From the NCBI GenBank assembly GCA_043228905.1, contig JBHGNT010000015.1, positions 4,774,001 to 4,838,000 of the forward strand: DNA of 64,000 bases, written 5' to 3'. The stretch comes from Azolla caroliniana (taxonomy: Eukaryota; Plantae; Polypodiophyta). Positions 1-12,400 of this stretch are shown piece by piece. Every line of letters begins with the position of its first letter. Within the stretch, counting starts at the first letter, position 1. The notes beneath the pieces were generated by a model that saw nothing but the letters and a program-made list of their open reading frames with translations, had not been told where the DNA came from and made no database searches. A program made the position numbers and the translations under genes.

Positions 1-594
1 TGAACATTGAAGGATGTGTTGTGTGTTTCTCGCTACTTAAGTGCTTTCATTGTTTTCAACTAATTAAGTGTTAATTGAATTCTCTGAGCTAATTAGTGCA
101 TTGTTTGGATGGTTTGTATATGCTCTGCTTTCATAAAGATGACTTACATTGTTAAGATAAAGTTGCACAGGATACCGATAATAGTATCCTATTCTTGTAA
201 GAACATGACACCCAAGAATAAGTATGTGTCTTGAAGGTCGTGGGTCAATGAAGAGGTCACCAACTATTTAAGATATGACAAGAAGAGTTCACTTAGTTTA
301 TAATGTAGTTCTTAGTTTTGATATTTATGTTATCCCGGTCGACAAACACAAAGGGCCGAACAACTCAATCTCTGAATCATTCTGTCAATGGGATTGTGCT
401 TTGGAGATTGGAGTCGGTCGACTCTGCTTAATGATCACTTAAACACACTCACTATATCACACTCAATCATTGTAATTACCATAACACTTAAACACTCTCA
501 GACTGGTGATCGATTGTAACTATAAACGAACTCTCAATGCAAGAAGAATTCAAGACACCTAATGCTTTAACTAATAGACTTATATTAAAACATA

Positions 595-1802
595 GTGGTA
601 CCGACCATCACGAAGAATTTAGTCTTCGTGGGCCAAATTGTGGAGCAAGGCATGCAATTTCAATTCAACCAAGCCGGTTTCTTCATCGAAAAAGAGGGTC
701 GAATCATCGCTCGTGGTCGAAGGGAAGGCCAAATGTTTATCCTCGAGCCAAACAAGGTAAAATCGGCTATGTTTGCAAAGGGCCTCAAAGCCGACATAGA
801 CATAGAGTTGTGGCACAAGAGAATTGGCCACATCAATCTCAATAAACTCAAGGCAATGCAATTGAAAGGAGTCGTCATCGAAAGGAGATTGAAGGCAAGA
901 AACACTGACACCCGTTCCCAAAAGAGAGGAACATGAGCAAAGGCATACTGGATGTAATTCATTCTAATGTATGGGGACTGGCTCAGACGGCTACATTCGG
1001 CGGATGTCGATAGTGACGACTTCTCCAGGTACACCTAGATCTACCCCATGCAGTAAAAGAGTGAAGTATTTAGTCACTTCCAAAAATTTAAGAATGAAAT
1101 CGAGAAAGCCTCAGGTCAGCATGTCTGATGTCTTCGGTCAGATGGAGGCAAGGAATACTTCTCTGATGCATTCACAGCATACCTTCGACAAGAAGGAATC
1201 AAGTGAGAATTTCCTTACTGACATACACCTCAACAAAATGAAGTAGTTGAACACAAGAATCGGCACATATTAGAGGTAGCCCCGGCGATGATGAATGAAA
1301 AGAACCTGCCAAATTCGTAACGGGCAAAAGCCGCCAACACAGTCATCCACCTCACGAGGTAACACCCCACGAGAAGTTTTATGGTAAGAAACCGGATTTA
1401 TCCCACGTCAGGATATTCGGTTCAATTGCATATGTACACATCCGCAACGAAATGCGGCAAAAGCTAGATCCCAAGTTGGAGAAATGTATCCTCGTAGGAT
1501 ACTCACTGGAGCAAAAGGGGTACAAATGCCTCAACCCCTCTACTTGGAAGGTTCGCGTAAGCCAGGACGTAGTCTTTGACGAATCGACATCTTGATACGA
1601 ACCCGAGCCAACTCCTCCCGAACCATCTATGAACGACCTTGACAACATAGAAGACAATGATTAACTAAGGTCAATACCCGAGGAGAGTCCGATCTCAACT
1701 AGATTGAGTGGACCACAAGAACCCCCAAGCAACCAAAAAACATCTTAGCCAAGTCCGAAGATGGACAAAGGCAAGGCGAAAATGCTAGAATATGAAGATG
1801 AT
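595..1802 (+). mobile_element. Decayed Ty1/copia internal fragment (GAG-pre-integrase, integrase, linker)
   Basis: Reads VPTITKNLV, ELWHKRIGHIN, RSDGGKEY and KCILVGYSLEQKGYKC in broken frames. At ~1803 it is fused to the gag part of another copy. Confidence 0.85.
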
Positions 1803-4800
1803 CAATGTTATTGGTCGAAGAGAACCACGTCTGAACCAAGACCAAAACGTCGGAAGGACAAATGTTCTTCTCGAATTCGGATGGTGGCCGAGGACGAGGT
1901 CGCGGTGGTAGAAGAGGTCGATTCGACCCATCTCATGAAGGGAACTCAACCCTTCGACAACAAGACGGAAGCCATCGAAGAACCTTCAGAAGAAGGGGGA
2001 GCTTCAATGCCAAAAAAAATCGGCAAAAACAATGCCACTTACCTGCAACTATTGTGGGAAGATCGGCCATCATGAAGAGGAGTGTCGGAAGAAGATAAGT
2101 GAGTCGGCTTCGACAAGCCAACAACTCACAAATTACACCACCAACTCCAAATACGACGAATACGGTGGACTATTCGTAATGAAACATGGAGCGAACTTTA
2201 TGTCAGCCTCCAACTCAGAAGACGTGTGGTTCGTCGACTCCAGTGCCTCACATCATACGATGTCACACCAAGAGTGGTTCCGTGACTTAAGAACGTCATA
2301 TTGACTCGGCTACATAGAGACGGGAGACGACACCACACATCCCATTTGGCACAGTGGCAACGTTCCATTCAGCAACAACGGCCAAAGCAATTGCATCAAG
2401 AATGTCTTGCATGTTCCTGCAATAACAAAGAATTTGGTCTCAGTCAGCCAAATCGTGGAGCAAGGCATGCAAGTTCGTTTCAACAACGAAGGATGCTTCA
2501 TAGAAAAAGATGGTTGACTCATAGCTAAGGGATAGAGAGACATCTGAATGTTCATTCTCCATTCGAACGAGGTGAAATCGGCCATGTATAGAAAAGTTCT
2601 CAAAACCAACACCGACATCGAGTTGTGGCCCAAGAGAATTGGTCACATCAACCTCCAACAGCTCTGACCTATGCAATCAAAGGGAATCATCATCGGATTT
2701 CCGGCCTTTGAGTCGAAACGAGTCGACCAAGTGTGTGAAGCATGCAAACTCAGCAAACAACATCGACTCCCATTTCCAAAGGAGAGTTACACAAGCAAAG
2801 GCCTTCTCAACGTCATACATTTGGATGTATGGGGACCAGCTCAAACGTTGATGATCGACAACTACTCGCGCTGTCGTAAAGATTTTCGCCCACGGTGTGA
2901 AAATTGCATGGAATGTACAAAATCGAGTGTGGTTCTTCACACACAATATGGAACAATAATAATGAAGATATTATTTTTGGTACGAAAAGATGGATTTCTT
3001 CAAGAGCTTCCGAATGCATTTTACTACATGTGAAATGGACAAATTAGTGTCAAGTTATGTGAATGTGAAGTTTGAGAAAAAGAAGAGAAAAACAAAATTG
3101 TGAGATATCCCACATAGATAGGACAACATAAGGATGTAAGATTATATAAGTAGAGCCATATCTCTTTACATTTCAACCAAGTGCTAGGAGCACAGAAGAG
3201 TTGGGTTGTATAACATGGATGAATGGATGTGGTTAAGTTATTTAAATAATGTTTTGGACGAAACCGGACCAGATAGACCGGATCACCGGGTCGGGATGTG
3301 GACCGAACCGACTTGGGATAGATGCGTTGTCGGTGATGAAACCAGCATTTGGCGATCAGCGACGGAATTGGCAAACCTAGTTACTGGCATCCGGCAACCT
3401 CGGGATGCAGACTGAACGGATGCAAATCGGATAGATCAGTCGTGTCGGTTGATCGTGGTGCATGGTGTTTTAAAGATATTTGATCCAAAAACCTAATAGT
3501 ATTTTGTGCTTTAAAAGGGACATAAACAAGACTTGAACTATGCACCTCCAAGATAGAAAGCAATATACTTACCACTAAGCTAAGTCATTTCCTTAAAGTT
3601 ATATTTTTATCATTATAGTTTTACTTGAAAATTCTCATATGAGAGCTTAAATGAGTGACATGGTTATCATGCATCACATGTAACGTATGAGCGCCAAATG
3701 GCAAACATGCATCATGCATTTTATGCATGTCTTGTACCCCTCATGCATCATATGCATGGGGGCATCTATAAAAGAGTGGATGGAAAAAGAAAAAAAGGGG
3801 GCGATGTATGATTCAAGAATTTAAGGAGAAGAAAATTTGTTATCCAATTGATGGTGTATCTTGTTTCTTAAATCTAAAGTCAAGGGTTCAATCTTAATCT
3901 CTCTCTCTATCTCTCTCTCGCCATATCAATCTATCTTAAATACTTTCTCACTAAACTAGTGCAAACTTCGAATCCTTCCGGTCTAAGACCCCGGTGGTTC
4001 CGCCTCACCATCCGCACATAGTGACAGATCTTCACGACAGCGCTACACATGGATCTTCCCTATGAAGAAGGAGAGTGAAGTGCTCTCACACTTTCAAAAG
4101 TTCAAGAACCAAGTCGAAAAGGAAACCGATTGGCACATTCGATGTCTACGATCAAATGGAGGCAAGGAGTACTTCTTCGACGAATTCATCTCCTACCTCC
4201 AAGGTGAAGGCATTTGAAGAGAATTCTCATGCCGACACACACCCCAACAAAATGGAGTAGCCGAAAGAAAGAATCGACACATACTCGAGGAAGCATGCAC
4301 CATGATGCATGAGAAGCAAATGTCGAACTTCTATTGGGCCGAACCAGCATCCACAACCGTCTATCTCATGAATTGATGCACCACTAATGGAGTGCATGAG
4401 CTAACTCCATACGAGCTCCTTGTCAGAAGGAAGTTGATCCTGTCGCACCTCAAAGTGTTCGGAAGCATTGCGAATGTACGCATCCCGAATGAAAAACGAC
4501 AGAAGTCCGATGCGAAGTCGGAGAAATGTATCCTTGTAGGATACTCATCCGAGCAAAAGGTATACAAGTGCTTCAACCCTTCGACCCCAGCGGCTCGGAT
4601 AAGTCGGGACGTAGTCTTCGACGAATTGGCATCATGGTATGAGCCCGATTCGGCTCCATCCGACCCGATCGAGGAAGAGTTGAACGTCAACTCGAATGAC
4701 GATATTCGGCCAAGTCCTCTACCAAAGGATAGTCCAAGCTCTACCGAGTTCAATGGACCACATGAGCCTTCACATGACCAAAGCACATCACGGCCAAGTC

Positions 4801-5753
4801 CAAAATTGAACAAAGGCAAAGGTAAGATGCCCGAATACGAAGTCGATCGTCCCGACAACAGTGATTCAAATGTGTCGGCTCACTCACTAGACAACGATTT
4901 TGGTGTACCCATTATGCGAACACCCAAAGTACAAAAGACGCTTACATCGGCAAGCGAAAAACTTCGACGTTCATCTAGAGAGAAGAACCATGTCACTCAA
5001 CTCGGCTACAACGAGTATAGGGCCCATCATTATGCCTTTGCGATGAAGGTAGCGGTTGAACAAGAGCCTGAGAGCTCTACAGAAGCGGCTCATGACCCAC
5101 GAAGGATGGAAGAACTTTGCCTTTGACCCTCTAACACTACAAGCTTTCGTCACAGGCTTGAGAGGGAGGAACCAAAACTGCCTCAGAAAGGCTGAAGAAA
5201 GTCGAAGGCCGGACAGAAGCTGACATCGAAAGCCAGACAACGCCAAAAGCAAAACCGGATGTCAGACGCCTCATACTTGAGTTTGAGGGGGCGTGTTGGG
5301 ATATCTAGCTCAACTTAGTTTAGTCATTTAGTTAACCACGTAACTTAGTAATTACCTAGATAGAATCTAGTTAGTGTGTTGACCTTTAAACCCTTAAATA
5401 GGATCTTGTACTTGTACGTAACTGGAGATACATTCTAGATCCTCCACTACTAAGTATATATAATATAGGACTTACATCCTTGTACCTATATTCTACTCAC
5501 ACATGTGCACTCTTGCGCATGAGTTATATATATACCTCATTGTGGGTATTTTTGTAAGTTGATGATGCTTATTAATATAGAGGAAAGGTCTTTAACTACA
5601 CTCTTGTTAATCATCTCCCATTTATATTATTGTTCATAAGTGTACCTTCCTCTCACACACATACACACACAAATCACATAATCTTCCGTTGCTTTATCAA
5701 TACTCACATAATTAGACCCTAATTAATCGTAGTTAATTACCTAATTATTAACA
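1803..5753 (+). mobile_element. Decayed Ty1/copia remnant: gag 3' half, protease, integrase, RT/RNaseH deleted, PPT and 3' LTR (~5294-5753)
   Basis: Motifs SMLLVEENHV, CNYCGKIGHHEEEC zinc knuckle, WFVDSSAS and KCILVGYS. The sequence jumps from AHDPR to the end of pol at ~5105. PPT TTGAGGGGGCG (5283-5293) is followed by TGTTGGGATATCTAGCTCAACT, which resembles the family LTR start. The LTR end is approximate. Confidence 0.8.
2872..4039 (+). mobile_element. Solo LTR of the 4-bp-TSD Ty3/gypsy group, inserted in a copia integrase
   Basis: Ends are TGTCGTAAAGAT...ATCTTCACGACA, with TSD GCGC at 2868-2871 and 4040-4043. Removing it restores IDNYSR|YTWIFPMK. The 3' motif AAGACCCCGGTGGTTCCGCCTC is shared with the LTRs of the element at 26507. 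Confidence 0.8.
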
Positions 5754-6072
5754 ACCCATAACTAATGAGTTCCATATTTCCCCATGATTAATGAGATTCC
5801 ACATTCCCCACAGTTCTAGAGAGAGAATGGGCATTATAGTGAGTTAATGAAGAGATAGGGTAGCCTTATATAAAGCACCCTACTCCTACTTCATAATGTG
5901 TCGGTTGTCCTCCCTTGTAATGCTACATTTTTGTAATTGATATTCTCCTTGTTCATATACATCTTCTTGAGCACTTCATTTTCTTTTATTGTGTTTCACT
6001 CCTCTCCTTTCCTCTTTCCACAAACACATACGCATCTTTTCCGCTACACATGATCATATCTGATTCTTTACA
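5754..6072 (+). repeat. 3' part of a copia-family LTR
   Basis: Reverse-complement similarity to the LTRs at 8317 and 9290 (TATATAAAGCACCCT, ...GATTCTTTACA end). Confidence 0.65.
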
Positions 6073-6077
6073 CTTTC

Positions 6078-8316
6078 AAACTCAACTCAGCCACATGCTA
6101 TGGAAACTATGGTTCTGATGGACGGAACCCTATTGGATCGTGGACGAATTCAACGGAACGTATCAGGACGGTACTTTAGCCAATGATATAATGCCAAAAT
6201 GGATAAATGGTTTCCGGCTCAAACCCTATCTCGGGCCCACACCTCCGAACCCATTCATCGACTACACCCAGGACCACCGCCAATCAAAAGACGTAGGTGA
6301 GAAGGTGGGTGACAACAACATGCCCCTGCAATTATGGTAGAAACACACCCACCTAGCTTCTAAATTAGGTGTAATTATTATAATAATAATAAAGCCCCAC
6401 CAAGGATTATTTCAGTGCATGCACATGCACAACACTCAAGGAAGCAAGTACGAGTTCCTTCCCGACGCGTGGTATTTATACAAAGTAATGACCAAAAGGA
6501 TGCTAAATCTTGGGCACACATGCAACCCTCGAGGAATGCAATGACTACATAAACCAAGTCTGCAAAGAAGATGAAGCAGAAGAAACATCGAACTACCAAC
6601 TCTCTCTTCACAGAATCTCTTCACCCTCTCGCTCTCTACACAGAATCACTTCACCTCCAAAAACCCCCACTACAAACGAAGTACTCAACATGCCCATCGA
6701 AGTTTCTTCTGAATTCCACACCTGGCTGAAAAAGCACAGCCTAGGGCGCTACCTCAAAGTGGCGGATGCGCTTCCCCACCCCGACGCACAGGAGGTTGGC
6801 TTGTGGATCCATGCCGAGCACCTCACCAATGACTAGGTTCGGGCAGCGCTTGGCCTGAAACACGGTGACCATCACGACATGGAGGTCCCACCTCCAAACA
6901 TCCTTCAATCTATTTCGGGGAATATTCCTCCTCGACCATAGCATATAGAATTCAGGGAGGCCCAAACGAGTTCTTTCGTAAACTCGCAAAATTTCTACTC
7001 GAGGTCGCTTGTGTCCATCCGACCACCTATGTTATGCCGAAGAAGAAGGTCAGATTCATCATAGCAATGTACAAAGGGATAGAATCAATTTGGGCTCCGT
7101 GACAGGAGTCACCTAACGACAAAACCTCACCAAGATATAAGGGACAAGACCCAGCAAATCTTAGAGGAGACAAAGAAACGGGCTCGCGATGACACAAGGG
7201 CCAAAGAGGAATCGGCTATAGGACACCACCAATCCAAGAAGTGTCGCCGTCTACAATGGCACAACAAGCCAAAAGATCAACCCAAAACCGTTGGCAAAGG
7301 GCAAGGCCAACCCGAGGCAGGAAATGACCACCAAATAATAGTCAAACCCAACAAAATGGTGGTCGTCGTCCCAGACACGGCCCTATCTCTCACAAGCAAA
7401 ATGCATGAGGGACAGGCATCCCGTATCACAGAGTAGATGGTGATGAACTTCCCGAGATCCCAGCAGAAGTCTTCGACCTTGGGGCTATTTTGCACGATGA
7501 CATTTCTTTCGAGCTCATTGAATTCCTCGCTAGATTACAAGTGGAGGTTGTGGCTAGAATGGCAAAGGAACACGCCGAACGGGCTATGATTCTGCGAGCC
7601 TTTGTTGGCGAACTCGAAGAGGAAGAGGAAGCGGCCTTACAAAACTTGGTAAGAAGCGCACCACCCGTGGCAACTGCTTGTTAATCGAGTTGTCGGATCT
7701 CAATACAGCATTGATCGAGGTGTATCAAGAACTGGCGAAGACAACACGTGTGGCCTAGGACATGGTCTATAACAATAAGAAAGCATGAAAACATGTTGAT
7801 CGGGCAACAGGGTTATGGCAAACTTCGGAAGCCAGAGTCGTCGACCTCGCACAACAACTTTGAAAGCCACCGACCAACGTCACGACACTCCTCTCACCAT
7901 CACAACCTCAGCCAAAGTCCCCAACCAGGAAGTTCCACTCACCCTCACTGCCAACACCAACACCATCAACCAAAAACCACCCCTCACCACTATGTAGCAT
8001 TGCCCCCACCTGACAACCACGCGGAATAATTGGAAACCTAGATGGTGATTGCCGAGAAGGCCAAACAACACCATCAGGTGGCCTTAGATGAAATCGCCCA
8101 ACTCCGTGAAGCCTCCAGCGATCACAGCAGAGAGAAGCCAAACTGTAGAAGCCGCTTGAAACAAAGACGACGAACTACAACCAAGCACTTCAAGCAAAGG
8201 AGCAAGCAACATCAGTTATTCGGGTAGCAAAAGAGTAATTGGTCGCCACGCAACAGCAACAAAAAGAAATATTCCACCAGGTGCTTCGCAGTCAGAATGA
8301 CGAACTCATTAGAGAG
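6078..8316 (+). mobile_element. Old Ty3/gypsy (Tat/Athila-like) remnant: integrase C-terminus plus decayed downstream extra ORF
   Basis: KLWF*WTEPYWIVDEFNGTY...INGFRLKPY matches the GPY/F-region pattern of gypsy integrases. It is followed by broken coding-like sequence with coiled-coil character. Confidence 0.55.
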
Positions 8317-8616
8317 TGTAAAGAATCGGATATGATTCTTGTGCAGCGGAAGAGATGTGTGTTATATGTATGTGTGAGAGGAAAGAAAAGAGAGAAGAGA
8401 AAACACAAGCTAGATAGAATGGAAAAAGGAATTTTCAAGAAGAAGGCGTATATTCACAAGTAGAATAGCAAATACAAAACATAGCATTACAAGGAGTCAT
8501 AACCGACTTAGTATGAAGTATGAGGAGGGTGCTTTATATATAGTCACCCTCTCTCTTCATTAACTAACTACAACAACCACTCTCTCTTAGGGAATGAGAA
8601 GACTCATAGTCATGGG

Positions 8617-9253
8617 TGTTGGGAGACAGGTCCCTCCGGATGGGAAGGGAGAAGAACAGTGCCGATGAACAAACTCGGCCGAGGCCGAAACCGGATGAGG
8701 AGTACCCGGTTACGGAGAGCCGGATGGTACAAACCCGGTGAGAACCGGATGAGGAGTACTCAGCTACGGAGAGCCGGATGGTGCAGACCCAGTGAGAACC
8801 GGATGAAGAGACATATTCGTAAATATGTTTTTGAGAGTCCATCATGGCTATATTTGTAAATAGCCGAAAAGTCATATTAGTATAAATATGACTTAGGGCA
8901 AACTTTTAGTTGTTGTTGTTATTCTTGTCTACGCGAGACCAGAGTGCGTAACAGTGTACAGAGAGTGAGAGAGAGAGGAAGAGGTCGTTGCCTCTGATTG
9001 TAACCGCCGCCTGTGGCGAAGATCGTGAGCACGAGGTCGTTGCCTCCGTGAACTCACTGTTGTACATTCTAACATAGTGATAGTTTGCAGCCTGTGGGTT
9101 GCCGTGGTTTTTTCCCTAGTTTGGGTTTTCCACGTAAACATCCTGTGTACTCTTCTCTTTTTTGTGTCGAACATCTATTTCCCGTTTTCTGTGTATGATT
9201 CTAAGCTTGGTTGTGGCCGAGCGTTGCGTATAGGGAGCGTGCAGCTCTTGTCA
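8617..9253 (+). mobile_element. Solo LTR related to the Tork-like copia at 35080
   Basis: Ends TGTTGGGA...TTGTCA with a perfect 5-bp TSD ATGGG (8612-8616, 9254-9258). Shares GGTCCCTCCGGATGGGA, TATAAATATGACTTAGGGCAAAC and GGTTTTCCACGTAAACATC with LTR 35080-35646. Confidence 0.9.
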
Positions 9254-9289
9254 ATGGGGAATATGTAACTCATTCGTTATATGTCATAG

Positions 9290-9335
9290 AGTAAAGAATC
9301 GGGTATGATTCTTGTGTAGCGAAATAGGTGTGAAC

Positions 9336-9403
<68 letters not shown>

Positions 9404-12400
9404 GCACACACACACACATAGAGAATACGCAACGTAAAGTATATTAACAAAGGAGAAAGACTCAACACTTTACAAGGTGGGAGGAGGGTGCTTTATATAG
9501 TCACCCTCTCTCTTCATTAACTACAAGACTTATGGAGCATGGGGAATGTCAAAGCTCATAAGTTATGTGTCATAGAATATGATTCTATGACTCATACTAA
9601 ATGCTAGAATACAAAGTGGTGACATAATGGTGACTCTTGACCGTTGGAGTGTCTATTCACTCTCAAAGTGAGTTCACACACTAGACCAAGTTGAGCTTGA
9701 TTCTCAACATGCCCCCTCAAGCTCAAGTCGGGTCTGTTTCAGTCGGTATCCGAAATCCGCTTCGACTCGCGTCGACTCGCATTTATGTGGAGTTGCGGAA
9801 TCCGTGCTCCAGCTTGCGTTGTGCGTAGTTGCGAAATCTGTGCTTCGGCTTGCGTCTTTCTTCTCGGCTTTGCGCGGTAGATCAACTCTTCGCGGCTTCG
9901 TTGTGCGGTTGCAAAATCCACGTGTTATTGCGTAGTGCGGCTCTTCGTGGCTTCGTTGCGTGGTTGCGGAATCCATGTGTTATAATCCACGCGTTATTAC
10001 GTAGTGTCTTCAATACTCCCCCTCAAGCTTGGCAGGTCAGGGATCGTCAATCCGAGATCGGTCATGAATTGTTGTAGCTTGTTGGCTCCTAAGGCTTTAG
10101 TGAAGATGTCGGCCGTTTGAAGATTTCTGCTAATGTGTTGTAGGTCGACATCGCCAGTTAGAACGCGCTCTTAGAGGAAGTGATAGTGGACTTCGATGTG
10201 CTTTGTCCGAGCGTGGAACACCGGGTTCCGAGCCAGATAGATACTGCTCATGTTATCGCAGTAAAGGGAAGTCGGATCCTTGATGGGTACGCCCAAAACC
10301 TTGAGTATCATTCTGAGCCATATGGCTTCACATGCGGCCACCGCCGCACCCCTGTATTCTGCCTTTGTGCTCGAGAGAGCAACGGTTGGTTGCTTTTTAC
10401 TACTCCAGGATATTGCTCTGCTACCGAGGGAAAAAACAAATCCGGAGGTTGATCTTCTATCAGCTTTGTAGCCGGCCCAATCAGCGTCTGTGTACCCTTC
10501 GAGTCATATTGGCATCGCGGTCTTGTAGAGGATGCTGCAATCCATTGTGCCGCTCACGTAGCGTAGAACTCTCTTAGCGCAATCCAAGTGAGTATCACGC
10601 GATGTTTGCATGGATTGGCTAAAGAGACCGACCAGATAACTTAGATCAAGTCGTGTGATCAATGAGGTAGATGAGAGTTCCGATGAGTTGCGGATACTGA
10701 GTTGGCTCACACGCTTTGGTGCCGGAGTTCGCATCTAGTTTGAGATTGCGATCGAGCGGGGTTGCCGCGGATTTGCACTCAGCCATTCCAAACTTGTATA
10801 ACAAGTTGAGGATGTAGTGCCGTTCAGAGATCATGATTCCGCCAGAGTCCGAATTACCTCGATGTCGAGGAAGTAGTGGAGCTCCTTCATGTCCGTCATC
10901 TTCAACTTGTCGGAAAGGAGAGATTTGACCTTATTGATTTCGACGAGATGCTCACCTCCAATGACTAGGTCATCCACATATAAGATGATGACAATCGGAC
11001 TTGTGGAATCACTTCGTATGTAGAGGGAGTTGTCTGATTTTGACATACGGAAGCCGATTTGATGAAGATATTGCGTTATCGTCGAATGCCAAGCACACGG
11101 TGCTTGCTTGAGGCCATAGAGTGGCTTCTTGAGTCGGCATACAACTTTCGGATGGGTGCTCGAGTTGAAGCCGAGTGGTTGTATCATGTACACCTCTTCT
11201 AATTCGCCTTGTAGAAAGGCGTTCTTGACGTCCATTTGATGGAGGTGCCACCCTTTCGCCGCGGCAACTACAATTACGGTCCGTACCATCGTCATCTTTG
11301 CCACCGGGGCAAAGGTCTCCTCATAGTCAACTCCGTGCATTTGGGCGTAGCCTTTCGTTACAAGTTGTGCTTTGTAACGGTTGACGAAACCGTCAGCGTT
11401 GTACTTCACTTCGTAAATCCATCTGCATCCAATCGCCTTTTTCTGTGGTGAGGTGGGAACGAGATCCAACGTCTCGTTCTTGCGTAGTGCCTGCATCTCC
11501 TCGTTCATGGCTTCGATCCATCGCGGATCCTTGGCTGCTTCAAAAAATGTTTTCCGCTCGCGTACTGTCGCCACCTTCATCATAAAGGCATAGTGATATG
11601 TCATGTAGTCGTTGTAGCTGAATCGGCTGACCAAATTCTTTTCACGGGTGGAGCAATAGAGCTTTTCATTTGCAGAGACGAGAGCTTTCATAGCTTCGAT
11701 TAGTACATCGAAGCCGCCGAACTCACTATCGAGTGAGTGAGTCGATTCATCGTCGTCGAAGCGATCATCTTCGTATTCCAACATTTTTGCCTTGCCTTTG
11801 TCCATCTTCAAGCTAGGCCGTGATTTGCTTTGATCAGTCAAAGGTTGTTGAGGTCCACTCAGTCAGGTCATGATCGGACTTTCTTCGAACATGCGCGTAA
11901 GGCGATCGTCATCCTCTATCTCTTGTTCGGCGGATTCCGGGTCGAGCGGAGTCAGAGTCGGAGTCAAAGTTGTCTCTAGTGCGTACCAGGATGCGGACTC
12001 GTCAAAAACGACGTCTCTACTTACTCGAGATTTTCGAGTTGAGGGGTTGTAGCACTTATACCCCTTTTGCTCCAGTGAGTATCCTACGAGGATACATTTC
12101 TCCAACTTCGGGTCAACCTTTTGACACTTCTTGTCGGGGATGTGCACGTACGCTATCGCGCCGAATATCCAGGTGTGCGATAAGTCCGGTTTCTTTCCGA
12201 AGTATTTTTCGTGTGGAGTGACCTCGTGCACTCCGGATGTTGTGAACCGATTCATTAGGTAGACGGTCGTATTTGCAGGTTCGGCCCAATATGACTTGGG
12301 CATATGCTTCTCGTTCATCAAGGTCCGCGCTACTTCGAGGATGTGCCAATTTTTGCGCTCGGCTACTCCGTTTTGTTGCGGAGTGTGTCGGCAAGTGAAT

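Noticed and set aside
1-594. AT-rich stretch before the first copia fragment (also 21410-22130)
   Set aside because: No termini, TSD or coding motif that I could support.
6040-8350. Inverted repeat pair (6045-6072 and 8317-8345) that looks like TIRs around 2.2 kb
   Set aside because: They are the 3' ends of two oppositely oriented copia LTRs, with no TSD.
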